24,856 nt of DNA from an uncultured Bdellovibrionales bacterium (GTDB lineage: Bacteria; Pseudomonadota; Alphaproteobacteria; Micavibrionales; SZUA-601), in NCBI GenBank assembly GCA_964426595.1, contig CAYRRF010000001.1, forward strand, positions 16,553-41,408. The letters are read 5' to 3'. Below are positions 14,875 to 24,148 of this stretch, in pieces. The notes under the pieces were generated by a model. The model made no database searches, had not been told where the DNA came from, and saw nothing but the letters and a program-made list of their open reading frames with translations. The position numbers and the translations under genes are program-made. Position 1 is the stretch's first letter; every line of letters begins with the position of its first letter.

Positions 14875-16836
14875 TTAACGAAGTTGTAACAACTCCTGCA
14901 ACATTTGGTCCGATGTACTGATGATCTTCGTCCCGGCCGAATAGGCACGCTGGGTGACGATCATCTTGGAAAACTCGTCCGCCAAGTCGACGTTGGAAGC
15001 TTCCAAAGTACCGCTTTCCACTGTACCGGCCGAGCCTTTTCCGGCTTCGCGCAAGTTGTAAACACCACTCTCGTTACTTTGCTGATAGATGTTACCGTTT
15101 TTAGCGGCAAGACCGTTAGCGTTCGAGAAAGTAGCGATCGGCAACTTGTACAGTTTTGTACTTTGACCGTTACTGAAACGAGCAACCACATAACCATCTT
15201 TGTCGATGGATACGCCGGTTCTCAATCCCAGCTCAGCACCGTTTTGGTTCGTGTAAACAGTGTTGTTTTCACTCGCAAACTGTGTGAAGTTGTTGATCTT
15301 GATGGAAATATCCTGTGGATCTGAACCGTTCCCCCAAATGATGTTGGTCAAATCAATTGTCGCAGGGTCGGTATTCGAGTTGATCTGACCTGTACCATCA
15401 AAGTTCAACATACCACTGGTCAACAGCAAACCGTTGGAGCCGGATAGCTCAACATGCCACCAGTTTTGCGGGTTAGCGGTCGTGCCCAGAGGTGTCAACA
15501 GGGTTGGTGTTGTCGGAGGGGTGTAGGTGCCGGCCGACAGACCAAGAGCAGCCAAACCAGCCGTGCTGATTTCGGGAGCTGCACCACCGACACCACCCAA
15601 GACCAGGTTTACACCCGATGCGTCAGCTGTGACAATGATCTTTCCGTCTTTGTCGAACTGGGCATTGATCCCCGAGAGCGCGTTGATTTTGGCAACGAGA
15701 TCTGCAGACGTGTCCCCTTCGTCAATGGTAACCGTTTGTGCGGCACTGGCACCTTCTTGTAACGTGAAAGTTTTCGAGTCACGCGGCTGGGTTGTGTATT
15801 GAATACCCAACAGGTTCAGGTTGGCTTCACTGATCTGGGGGCTACCACCGGCCTTGATTTCAATTGGGGTAGAACCTGTCAATACCAAGTTACCGCCTGA
15901 GGCCGCCGCCGGCGAACCCGAGAAGGCGTTGTTAATCGCCGTGACAAGGTTAGCCAATGTCCAGGTTGAGTCCAGAGCGATCGTTTGTGTTTCACCATTC
16001 ATTTTGATGACAAAACTTTCACCTGTGGTCATACCTGAAGCCAATGCACCCAAGGTACCGCCAATGTTGACGCTACTGGTATAGGTAGCTGTCGCCGAAA
16101 TGGCTGGGAACGAGTCAAACAATACCGGCGAGGTCAGGTCTTTTACGGCAACAGTTCCGGCCGCGGTAGCGGTTGGAGATGTTGTGTGGAAAAACTTGAT
16201 CTGCACGTCTTGCGCTTGGCCTAAGCTATCATAGACACGCAGCGAGCTTAAGGCTTGAGCGGTATTGGTCGTAGGAGCCGTCAAAGGATAAACGAAAGGT
16301 TCTTTACGTGCATCCAGGTTAAGACCGATATCGGCAGTGGTGGTAGCGCGTGACAAACCACCCAAGAAGGCGACGTCTACAGGCACCAAGCTACTCAAGT
16401 CACCGCTACTGGCCGGAATGGCGCCATCGGCATCAAGTGGCCAGCCCATCAGGTACTTACCGGCGGGGTTGACCAGGTTGCCCTGGTTATCTTCCGAGAA
16501 CTGACCGGCGCGGGTATAGAAAGCTTCTTGCAAACCGTCAGCGATACTGTCTTTGACGACGAAGAAACCGTTACCGGAAATGGCGATATCCGTACCGGAA
16601 CGCGATTGTTGCAAAATACCTTGTTGGTCAACGCGGGTTAAAGCGGCCGCGCGCACAGCACCCGGCGAGTAAGCCGTAGAACGGGTTTGTGCAGTAACCA
16701 AGCTTGAGAATGAAGCTTCCGTACGTTTGTAACCAACGGTGTTAACGTTGGCAATGTTGTCGGAAATCATACCCATTGCCTGGGATTGCGAGTTAAGCGC
16801 AGACACACCAGCAAAGAGGGCACCGTATAAACTCAT
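14875..16836 (-). CDS. flgE: Flagellar hook protein, long form (653 aa)
   Basis: N-terminal ISDNIANVNTVGYK, YTRAGQF, VYDSLG and C-terminal LEASNVDLADEFSKMIVTQRAYSA motifs; TAAGGAG SD. Confidence 0.97.
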   Translation of the reverse strand: MSLYGALFAGVSALNSQSQAMGMISDNIANVNTVGYKRTEASFSSLVTAQTRSTAYSPGAVRAAALTRVDQQGILQQSRSGTDIAISGNGFFVVKDSIADGLQEAFYTRAGQFSEDNQGNLVNPAGKYLMGWPLDADGAIPASSGDLSSLVPVDVAFLGGLSRATTTADIGLNLDARKEPFVYPLTAPTTNTAQALSSLRVYDSLGQAQDVQIKFFHTTSPTATAAGTVAVKDLTSPVLFDSFPAISATATYTSSVNIGGTLGALASGMTTGESFVIKMNGETQTIALDSTWTLANLVTAINNAFSGSPAAASGGNLVLTGSTPIEIKAGGSPQISEANLNLLGIQYTTQPRDSKTFTLQEGASAAQTVTIDEGDTSADLVAKINALSGINAQFDKDGKIIVTADASGVNLVLGGVGGAAPEISTAGLAALGLSAGTYTPPTTPTLLTPLGTTANPQNWWHVELSGSNGLLLTSGMLNFDGTGQINSNTDPATIDLTNIIWGNGSDPQDISIKINNFTQFASENNTVYTNQNGAELGLRTGVSIDKDGYVVARFSNGQSTKLYKLPIATFSNANGLAAKNGNIYQQSNESGVYNLREAGKGSAGTVESGTLEASNVDLADEFSKMIVTQRAYSAGTKIISTSDQMLQELLQLR

Positions 16837-16870
16837 GTAAAGTCTCCTTAGTTTCGGTTGTTAGAGAGGT

Positions 16871-17578
16871 TTATCCATTCTGTGGAGCAGTAGCAGGGGC
16901 CGCAACGAAAGCGGACTGTACAGCACTAATGGGGACCTTCTGGTCACCGATAATCAGCAATACTTGGCCATCGGCATTGGTATCGATGCCGGTCACAAGA
17001 CCAGGTACTACGGCAGTGGTTTTAAGGGCGGCTTGTGCTTGGTTTTGCACAGCAACGGCCAGGGTATAGCTGCCCGGAGGGACGGGTTGGCCTTGATTGT
17101 CTTTGCCATCCCATGTCATGGTGTGTTCGCCGGCAGAAAATGGCGCATCCGAACTCCAGACCACTTGATTGTCTTTATCAAGGATGCTGACTTTGCCTTT
17201 TATGCCGCCTTCATCTTGAACATTATATTTAAAGGTCGTTTTGAAGCCGTCGTAATGCATGAATTGATCGCCGACGTAATTAACATCCAAACCAATATAG
17301 TTTAGGGCCTGGTTGACCGCTGTGGCCTGGTTTAATTGCAGCAACTGGTCCATTTTGTCCGTTTGAGCGATTTGCTGTTCGGTATTGGCCATGGCAATCA
17401 ACTGGCTGGTAAAGTCTTTTGAATCCATCGGATTTAACGGATCCTGGTTTTTCAACTGTGTCGTCAACAGAGTCAAAAACTGGTTATAGGTCTGGGCAAG
17501 GCTTTTCTTAGCGGTTTCGGTTTTATCTGCCGAATTGCTGCTAAGGCCACCAAGAACAAGAGAGGATGAATCAAGCAT
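16871..17578 (-). CDS. flgD: Flagellar hook capping protein
   Basis: FLTLLTTQLKNQDPLNPMDSKDFTSQL and Ig-like GEHTMTWDGKDNQG..VPPGSYT motifs. Confidence 0.97.
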   Translation of the reverse strand: MLDSSSLVLGGLSSNSADKTETAKKSLAQTYNQFLTLLTTQLKNQDPLNPMDSKDFTSQLIAMANTEQQIAQTDKMDQLLQLNQATAVNQALNYIGLDVNYVGDQFMHYDGFKTTFKYNVQDEGGIKGKVSILDKDNQVVWSSDAPFSAGEHTMTWDGKDNQGQPVPPGSYTLAVAVQNQAQAALKTTAVVPGLVTGIDTNADGQVLLIIGDQKVPISAVQSAFVAAPATAPQNG

Positions 17579-17589
17579 TGCGTATCTCC

Positions 17590-19562
17590 TTAGGCGTGAT
17601 AATTCACGCGTGAGTTAGAGAAAACAGGGCCTTCGGCCGCAACGGCGACAGCCATGTCTTTAATTTTAATATCATCGTCGTCGCGCAGCTTGCGTTTGCG
17701 GCTTTCGGAAAAGCCTTGTTGAAATTGACGTTGCTCGCGCAAGTTAAAGCTCATATTTTCCTGATTAGCGTTCAGGCCCGCTCCAGATGAGCGGCATCTT
17801 TTTGCAACAGATTCAATGTTTCAGGGCGCTCTGCAGTGATGACAGTGCTGGTGACACCATCGGCTTTCACAGTTACACGTACATCTACACGGCCCAATTC
17901 AACCGGTGTCATTTGCAACGACATTTGGGTGGATCCCGTATTCAGTTTTTGCTGGATATGCACCATGACTTGTTGGGCGGCCGGCGAGGGCGGCAATTTG
18001 ATTGCTTGCGTGGCTACTGAAGCCGCGGTGCTCAGGCCAAAGCGCGGTGCAGCCGAATCCACTTGCAAAGCGCTGGGCGTTGCAGAGGCGGTTGTATTCG
18101 CAGCAGGCGCGGCGGGTTCCAATGTTTTGGCACCCGAAGCCAATGCTTGAAGCATATCGGTGCGGGGTGTTGCCGAAGCCGACGATGTATCCGAAGGCGC
18201 TACTATCGCGCGTTCCAGTCCGGCAACAGGCTTTTCAAATTTGGGTGCAGGCAAAGATTTATCCGATTTTGAAAATACGGGCACATCTTTGGCGTCGTCC
18301 GTTGTTTCACGAGAGCTATCGGAAAATACTTTGGAAACAGCAGGAGCGGCAGCGGCAAAGCTAGTTGCAACTGGCGTTGTTTTGTCTGCTAACACGGGTA
18401 CCGAAGCTTTTGCAACAGCAGCCGTTTTCTCGGTATCAGCCAGTAAATTGCTAAGTGGCAGACTCATGGAAGCGGCTTTAAGCAAAGCTTTTTCATCGCT
18501 GACTTGTTTGTCAGCACTGGCAACAGGTGCAGGCGTGGATGCAACAGGCGTTTCGACTTCTGCCGCAGGGGCAGCAGGGACCGCTTCTGTTGTACTGGCA
18601 ACAGGTGCAGTTTCTGGAACTGTTTCGGTGGCGGTTTCGGTTACAGCTACAGGTATGATCGTCTCAACGGGTAAAAGCGTAGCATGCGGCAATTCCGAAT
18701 CGCCATCAGTGGTTGTAACAGCCGTTGCAGAATCGTCTTCTGTAACGGCTTCTTCTTCATGATGACATTCATGAGGATGCGTGATGGCGCCTAATAAAAC
18801 ATGTTCCGGATCAATAGCGGAGATAAGCTCTTGTTTTTTATCGGCCAGGGAAGCCAAAACACTATGCTCGGATTTGTTTACCAGCGCTTTCAAGACGCGC
18901 AAAGCCTGTACCGTTGTAACGGGTTGGCCTTCCTGCGCATGTACGTGGACACCGATATCCTTTAAAGCGGATAAAATGTCTGCAGTCCAGACAACGGCAT
19001 TGTCATCAGCTTTTTTAGGTGTGGCGTTGACAAAGGCTTGTTTGAATCCGTCCATGATATCCCGCAACAGCAATGCGGCTTCACCGGCAGGCAATTCGGC
19101 CGGATCTTTTTGTATAAAGGCGTTTAGTTTTGTAACCAATGCCGGCGGCAGGGCGATGGCACCGCTTTCATTGGCTTTAAGCAGGAATTCCGCTACTTTT
19201 TTCAAAGCTTTCAATGGAGCCGGATCTTTGATTGGTGTTTGATCTTTGGCCATCACTTCGCGGATGCGGGCTTTGATGGTGTCTTTGAAATCGGTACGGG
19301 TTGTGTCGGTTGTGCTGACGGTTTTTGTATCGGAAATCTCATATTTTTCCGGAACGCCTACAGAAGTTCTGACAGCGCTTTTGAAAGTTCCTTTTACAGC
19401 CGTATCGTCATGGGAAAGAGATATATGTGTGACCATCAAGTCCATAAAGCCCAAGGCATTGCCTAAATCGGCGCCCATGGCTTCGTTAAAATTGCGTTTG
19501 ACATCCCCCGATAGAGCCGCGGTTGCAAGATTTGGTGCGGGAGTGGGGCGAAGATCGGCCAT
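17590..19562 (-). pseudogene. fliK: Hook-length control protein FliK, frameshifted near 17775-17785 as the sequence stands
   Basis: Ala/Thr/Pro-rich ruler, then QLNPxELGRVxV-type MTPVELGRVDVRV and AERPETLNLLQKDAAHLERA, ending at TGA 17772-17774. The -1 frame continues AGLNANQENMSFNLREQ...RVNYHA to TAA 17590-17592, which forms the flgD SD. Start set at ATG 19562. Confidence 0.8.
18516..18610 (-). repeat. 17-bp direct repeat in the FliK ruler region (APVAS units)
   Basis: ACTGGCAACAGGTGCAG occurs at 18516-18532 and 18594-18610, with a partial copy GCAACAGG at 18541. Confidence 0.7.
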
Positions 19563-19634
19563 GTATATACTCACTTGACGGTGTGTCTGAAAAGATTCTG
19601 GGTTGGACGGGATATTCTTTCCCATGCCTACAGA

Positions 19635-19650
19635 TGCAAACACTGTGCCA
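19635..19650 (-). promoter_or_regulatory. Sigma54 promoter of fliK-flgD-flgE
   Basis: The minus strand reads TGGCACAGTGTTTGCA, matching TGGCAC-N5-TTGCA. Confidence 0.9.
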
Positions 19651-19666
19651 AGCGCCAGGCGCTATT

Positions 19667-19679
19667 TAAGATCTTGTTT
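19667..19679 (-). promoter_or_regulatory. IHF-like site upstream of the fliK sigma54 promoter
   Basis: The minus strand reads AAACAA-GATC-TTA, one mismatch to WATCAA-N4-TTR, at about -43 to -55 in an AT-rich patch. Confidence 0.4.
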
Positions 19680-19692
19680 TAATGAGGTAATG

Positions 19693-19714
19693 AAAAAGGG
19701 TGAGGACCCATCCC
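19693..19714 (-). terminator. Weak candidate terminator after ftsX
   Basis: The minus strand reads GGGATGGGTCCTCACCC followed by TTTTT, a short imperfect stem with a U5 tract. Confidence 0.3.
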
Positions 19715-19732
19715 AGGGGTAAAATCGCCCGG

Positions 19733-20653
19733 TTAGGGCATTTCTTTCAGGGCACGCAGGACCGTAAAGCGGCTGGCGACCATCGCGATGCCACCGGCCA
19801 GAAGCGGTGTCGCCACCAGCAGAGCCCATTGCGCGACAGTCAAATCGACGCCGGGGATCAGGCCACCGCCGATTTTATTTTTGACAAGGGCGACCATGGC
19901 CATGGTCACAAGAGCCATCACAAGGCCCGCGGCGGCTCCTTCCGTGGCCAGACGAAAGGCCTGGCGCTGGAATTGTGTGGCAATATACGAGTCCGTGGCA
20001 CCAATGAGGTGCAGCAAGTCCACCTCTTCGCGGTGCAGCGCCAGACGCGTGCGCGCCGTTGCTGCAACCGTTATCGCAGCCGTAAGAGCCAGAATCAAAG
20101 CAATCGCTAACAGAATCATACGGATTGTTGTAGCAAGCTGAATGATATCTGCCAACCATTCTTGATGGGTGTCCAACGTGGCGCGGGGTACGATTTTTTG
20201 TGCCGTCTGTTCAATTAATGCGTCCGAAGCACTGATATCCTTCAGGCCTTCCAGACGTGTGATATCGATCAATATAGGCAAGGGCAACTCGGACAAGGCA
20301 ACGCCTGTACCCAGCCACGGGCTGACCAGTGCGGCGATATCTTCTTGCGTTAAAACATGGGCGCGAATATGCGACAATTTATTCAATTCCGCGAGCAGTG
20401 TTTTCTGAGTGTCTTCGGTGACAGGGCTGTCTTTTTGGTAAGCAATCTCAATCGTCATGCGGCCGATGATACCGCTGGTCCAATAATCCTGTATGTGATG
20501 CAGAGCAAAGGTAAGGACCAAAGAAAGTGTGGTCAAAAAGGTCATGACGCCGACAATCCACGTGACCAGCTTGCCGCCGCTGCCACGTTGAAGCGGCAGA
20601 TCATAGCGTTTGCGGCGCAAGTGCGGACGCTTTAGCAGCGCGGAAGAGGTCAT
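19733..20653 (-). CDS. ftsX: Cell division permease FtsX
   Basis: One N-terminal TM segment, a periplasmic loop (LVSPWLG...LPLPILID), three more TM segments and EVDLLHLIGAT..YIA.QF. ATGA overlap with ftsE. Confidence 0.93.
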   Translation of the reverse strand: MTSSALLKRPHLRRKRYDLPLQRGSGGKLVTWIVGVMTFLTTLSLVLTFALHHIQDYWTSGIIGRMTIEIAYQKDSPVTEDTQKTLLAELNKLSHIRAHVLTQEDIAALVSPWLGTGVALSELPLPILIDITRLEGLKDISASDALIEQTAQKIVPRATLDTHQEWLADIIQLATTIRMILLAIALILALTAAITVAATARTRLALHREEVDLLHLIGATDSYIATQFQRQAFRLATEGAAAGLVMALVTMAMVALVKNKIGGGLIPGVDLTVAQWALLVATPLLAGGIAMVASRFTVLRALKEMP

Positions 20654-21330
20654 GCCGCTTTCCTTTTGGTGCCTTGCAGAACTTGGACAGAACCGTTTTC
20701 AAGAAGGAGCTGCGGATGCCCAAATTGTTCGACCAGTCCCTGATTGTGTGTAGCAACGATAAGGGTGGTACCCATACGGTGTAACTCATCAAAAAGATGC
20801 ATCAGGCGCATGCCGATCTGATCGTCCAAGTTACCCGTCGGTTCGTCGGCCAGCAACAGGCGCGGATGGCTGATGACAGCACGGGCAATGGCGACACGCT
20901 GTTTTTGTCCGCCCGACAGGATTGGCGGCTTGGCATGCATATGATCGCCGAGGCCCACCCATTTGAGAAGGTCGGTGACATTGCTGCGAATTTCTTTTTC
21001 CTCGCGGTACGAAATGCGCAAGGGCAGGGCCACGTTGTCAAAGACCGACAGATGATCCAACAGACGGAAATCCTGGAAAACGACGCCGATCTCGCGGCGC
21101 AAGGGCATGATGCCTTCGCGGTTAAGGCGGTGAATATCCTGGCCAAAAATGCTCAATTTGCCGCGTGTCGGGCGCATGCCCAAATAGAGTAGGCGCAGCA
21201 GCGAGGATTTTCCAGCGCCCGACGGTCCGGTGAGAAAATGGAAAGAGCCGGGTGCCAGGGTGAAATCCAGATCATGCAAGATTTCCGGGCCTGTTCCATA
21301 GCGTAGCGCGACGTTTTCAAACTTTATCAT
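20650..21330 (-). CDS. ftsE: Cell division ATP-binding protein FtsE
   Basis: Walker [20 protein letters not shown], signature LSGGQKQR, Walker [12 protein letters not shown] and ATHN. Start moved from 21771 to ATG 21330. Confidence 0.96.
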   Translation of the reverse strand: MIKFENVALRYGTGPEILHDLDFTLAPGSFHFLTGPSGAGKSSLLRLLYLGMRPTRGKLSIFGQDIHRLNREGIMPLRREIGVVFQDFRLLDHLSVFDNVALPLRISYREEKEIRSNVTDLLKWVGLGDHMHAKPPILSGGQKQRVAIARAVISHPRLLLADEPTGNLDDQIGMRLMHLFDELHRMGTTLIVATHNQGLVEQFGHPQLLLENGSVQVLQGTKRKAA

Positions 21331-21369
21331 AGGCCGAAGATAACGTCCCTTGAGAGGCTTGTCACCCCT

Positions 21370-21384
21370 GTAAATTAAGGTTAA
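21370..21384. promoter_or_regulatory. CtrA-like box in the divergent ftsE/alaS intergenic region
   Basis: GTAA-N7-TTAA (TTAA-N7-TTAC on the minus strand), one mismatch to consensus. Confidence 0.4.
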
Positions 21385-21414
21385 AATGCACAAAAACGGA
21401 AACCAGAGGGGCTC

Positions 21415-24072
21415 ATGAAAACAGTTTCGGCAACACGGCGCGCATTTTTGGATTATTTTGCCAAACAGGGGCATGTGGTATGCCCTTCGGCGCCACTCGT
21501 GCCCCAAAATGACCCAACCCTGATGTTCACAACAGCGGGGATGGTTCCGTTCAAGGATTATTTTACGGGCAAGGATACGCCTAAATTCAACCGTGCGACC
21601 TCGGCGCAAAAATGCGTGCGTGCAGGGGGCAAGCATAACGACCTCGAGAATGTCGGGTACACGGCGCGCCACCACACGTTTTTTGAAATGCTGGGAAATT
21701 TCTCCTTTGGCGATTATTTCAAAGAAGAAGCAATTTCGTATGCGTGGGAACTGGTAACGAAAATCTATCAACTGCCCAAAGAAAAATTACTGGTCACGGT
21801 GTATCATACCGATGATGAGGCGGCCAAGCTGTGGAAAAAGATAGCCGGGCTGCCAGAGGAAAAGATCATTCGTATCGCAACCTCTGATAATTTCTGGTCC
21901 ATGGGCGATACCGGCCCGTGTGGCCCGTGCACCGAGATCTTCTTTGATCATGGCGAAGAGGTGAAGGGCGGTCCTCCGGGAAGTGCGGATGAGGATGGCG
22001 ATCGCTTTATGGAGATCTGGAATCTGGTCTTCATGCAGTACGAGCAAATCGATAAAGACACGCGCACGAATTTGCCCAAGCCTTCGATCGATACCGGTAT
22101 GGGTCTTGAGCGTATCTCGGGTATTTTGCAAGGCAAGCGGGATAACTATGACACGGATCTGTTCCAGGCACTGATCCAGGCGACGTGCGATCTAACGGGC
22201 ACCAAGCAGGAAGGTGAGCACCGCATTTCGCAGCGTGTGATTGCCGATCACTTGCGCTCGGCGTCGTTCCTGATCGCGCAAGGTGTCGCCCCCAGTAACG
22301 AAGGGCGCGGCTATGTATTGCGCCGTATTATGCGCCGTGCGATGCGCCATGCCCACCTTTTAGGCGCTAAAGAGCCGTTGATGCACCGCGTCTTGCCGAC
22401 ATTGATCAATATGATGGGGCAAGACCATCACGAATTAATTGAACACGAAGCGCTTGTGCGGGAAACATTGTATCGCGAAGAAAACCGTTTCCGCGAGACA
22501 TTGGCCCGTGGCTTGAAATTATTGGAAGACGAAATTCAAAAACTTCCAGGCAAAGGCACATTGCCCGGCGATGTGGCGTTTAAACTCTATGATACGTTTG
22601 GCTTCCCGCTGGATCTGACCGAGGATATTCTGGTGCGTGGCGGCTATGCTTTGGATCATGCCGGCTTTGAAGCGTCGATGCAAAAGCAGCAAGACACGGC
22701 GCGCGCTTCATGGGTGGGCTCGGGGGACAAGACGACCGACAAAGTCTGGTTTGATGTCCAAGGCACGTTGGGTGGCTTCGAATTCCTGGGCTACACCACG
22801 ACCAAAGCACAAGGTGTGGTCAAAGCATTGGTCAAAGAGGGTGCAGTTGTTAAAACGGCTAAGGCTGGCGAAAAAGTCGCCGTGGTGCTTTCGCAGACGC
22901 CTTTTTACGCGGAAAGCGGCGGACAGATCGGGGATACGGGCGTTTTACGTGGCGAACAAGGACAGATTTTGCAGGTAACAGACACACAAAAACCGATTGG
23001 GACCTTTCATGTGCATTTTGTCACAGTGGAAAAAGGAACGATCACTGTCGGGGATGCGGTCGAGGCACAGGTGGATGCATCGCGCCGTCATAAATTGCAA
23101 CAGCATCACTCGGCCACGCATTTGTTACACGAAGCCTTGCGCCGCCATTTGGGCGATCATGTGGCGCAAAAAGGATCGCTGGTCGAGCCCAATCGCTTGC
23201 GCCTTGATTTTAGCCAGCCGGAAGCCTTGACCGATGCACAGTTGGAGCAAATTACGGAAGAAGTGCGGACTAAAATTCAAAATGCCACGGCGGTGAATAC
23301 ACGGGTAATGAGCCTGGAAGAAGCGAAACAAACCGGTGCGCGCGCCTTATTTGGTGAAAAATACGGGGATGAAGTGCGCGTGATCAGCATGGGGGATCTT
23401 GAAGCAGAGCGAAACCGTGTCTATTCGATCGAATTTTGCGGTGGGACGCATGTGAAGAATACAGCCGAAATCGGAGCCTTTCGTATCGTATCGGAAAGCA
23501 GCGTGTCTTCGGGTGTTCGCCGTATTCAGGCCGTCGTCGGGGTGGAAGCGGAAAAACTGGCCGAACAGGACCGTATGACGATTGAACACATTGCCCAGAT
23601 ATTCAAAGCCGCACCGGCAGAAGTGCTGGAGCGTGTCCAGAAACTGCAGCAGGAGAATCATCTTTTAAGCACTGAAGTCGGATCCTTGCGCAAGAAGCTA
23701 GCGATGGGCGGTGGCGGTTCGTCCTCCCAAGAGGTCGAGCAAGTCGGTAATGTCAAATTTATCGGCAAGACGTTCGACGATCTGCCGGCCAAAGATTTAA
23801 AGTCGCTGGCGGATCAGTTTAAAAAGCAGATCGGCTCGGGTGTGGTTGTTTTGATCACCAAAGCCGAAGGGCGTGCCTCGCTGGTCGCCGGGGTGACGGA
23901 CGATCTGGTTGCCAAGCTTAGCGCGGTAGATTTGGTGCGTGTCGGAGCAGAAGCTCTGGGTGGCAAGGGGGGCGGCGGCCGGCCGGATATGGCTCAGGCG
24001 GGTGGTCCCAACGCCGAAGACGCTCCGGTGGCGTTAGATCACATTAGGAAAACTCTTTCCAAGGTTGCCTAA
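21415..24072 (+). CDS. alaS: Alanine--tRNA ligase
   Basis: DPTLMFTTAGM, HHTFFEMLGNFSFGDYFK, IDTGMGLER, editing HSATHLLH and EFCGGTHV, and C-terminal GGKGGGRPDMAQAGG motifs. Confidence 0.99.
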   Translation: MKTVSATRRAFLDYFAKQGHVVCPSAPLVPQNDPTLMFTTAGMVPFKDYFTGKDTPKFNRATSAQKCVRAGGKHNDLENVGYTARHHTFFEMLGNFSFGDYFKEEAISYAWELVTKIYQLPKEKLLVTVYHTDDEAAKLWKKIAGLPEEKIIRIATSDNFWSMGDTGPCGPCTEIFFDHGEEVKGGPPGSADEDGDRFMEIWNLVFMQYEQIDKDTRTNLPKPSIDTGMGLERISGILQGKRDNYDTDLFQALIQATCDLTGTKQEGEHRISQRVIADHLRSASFLIAQGVAPSNEGRGYVLRRIMRRAMRHAHLLGAKEPLMHRVLPTLINMMGQDHHELIEHEALVRETLYREENRFRETLARGLKLLEDEIQKLPGKGTLPGDVAFKLYDTFGFPLDLTEDILVRGGYALDHAGFEASMQKQQDTARASWVGSGDKTTDKVWFDVQGTLGGFEFLGYTTTKAQGVVKALVKEGAVVKTAKAGEKVAVVLSQTPFYAESGGQIGDTGVLRGEQGQILQVTDTQKPIGTFHVHFVTVEKGTITVGDAVEAQVDASRRHKLQQHHSATHLLHEALRRHLGDHVAQKGSLVEPNRLRLDFSQPEALTDAQLEQITEEVRTKIQNATAVNTRVMSLEEAKQTGARALFGEKYGDEVRVISMGDLEAERNRVYSIEFCGGTHVKNTAEIGAFRIVSESSVSSGVRRIQAVVGVEAEKLAEQDRMTIEHIAQIFKAAPAEVLERVQKLQQENHLLSTEVGSLRKKLAMGGGGSSSQEVEQVGNVKFIGKTFDDLPAKDLKSLADQFKKQIGSGVVVLITKAEGRASLVAGVTDDLVAKLSAVDLVRVGAEALGGKGGGGRPDMAQAGGPNAEDAPVALDHIRKTLSKVA

Positions 24073-24148
24073 GGCCTAAATCTTATCCATCGATTAACGA
24101 GTCTATGCTGAACTAGGGCATGGTCCGTATCCGAACCTGGAGAATTAT

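Noticed and set aside
17795-17806. Programmed -1 frameshift at CAAAAAG as the explanation for the fliK break
   Set aside because: It is not an X XXY YYZ heptamer in the zero frame, and a shift there would give RCRSSG in place of the conserved DAxxLERAL.
19563-19643. Longer FliK start at 19643
   Set aside because: It lies within the sigma54 box, upstream of the predicted TSS (about 19624).
21331-21771. Apparent N-terminal extension of FtsE
   Set aside because: It is antisense to alaS; the FtsE core starts at 21330.
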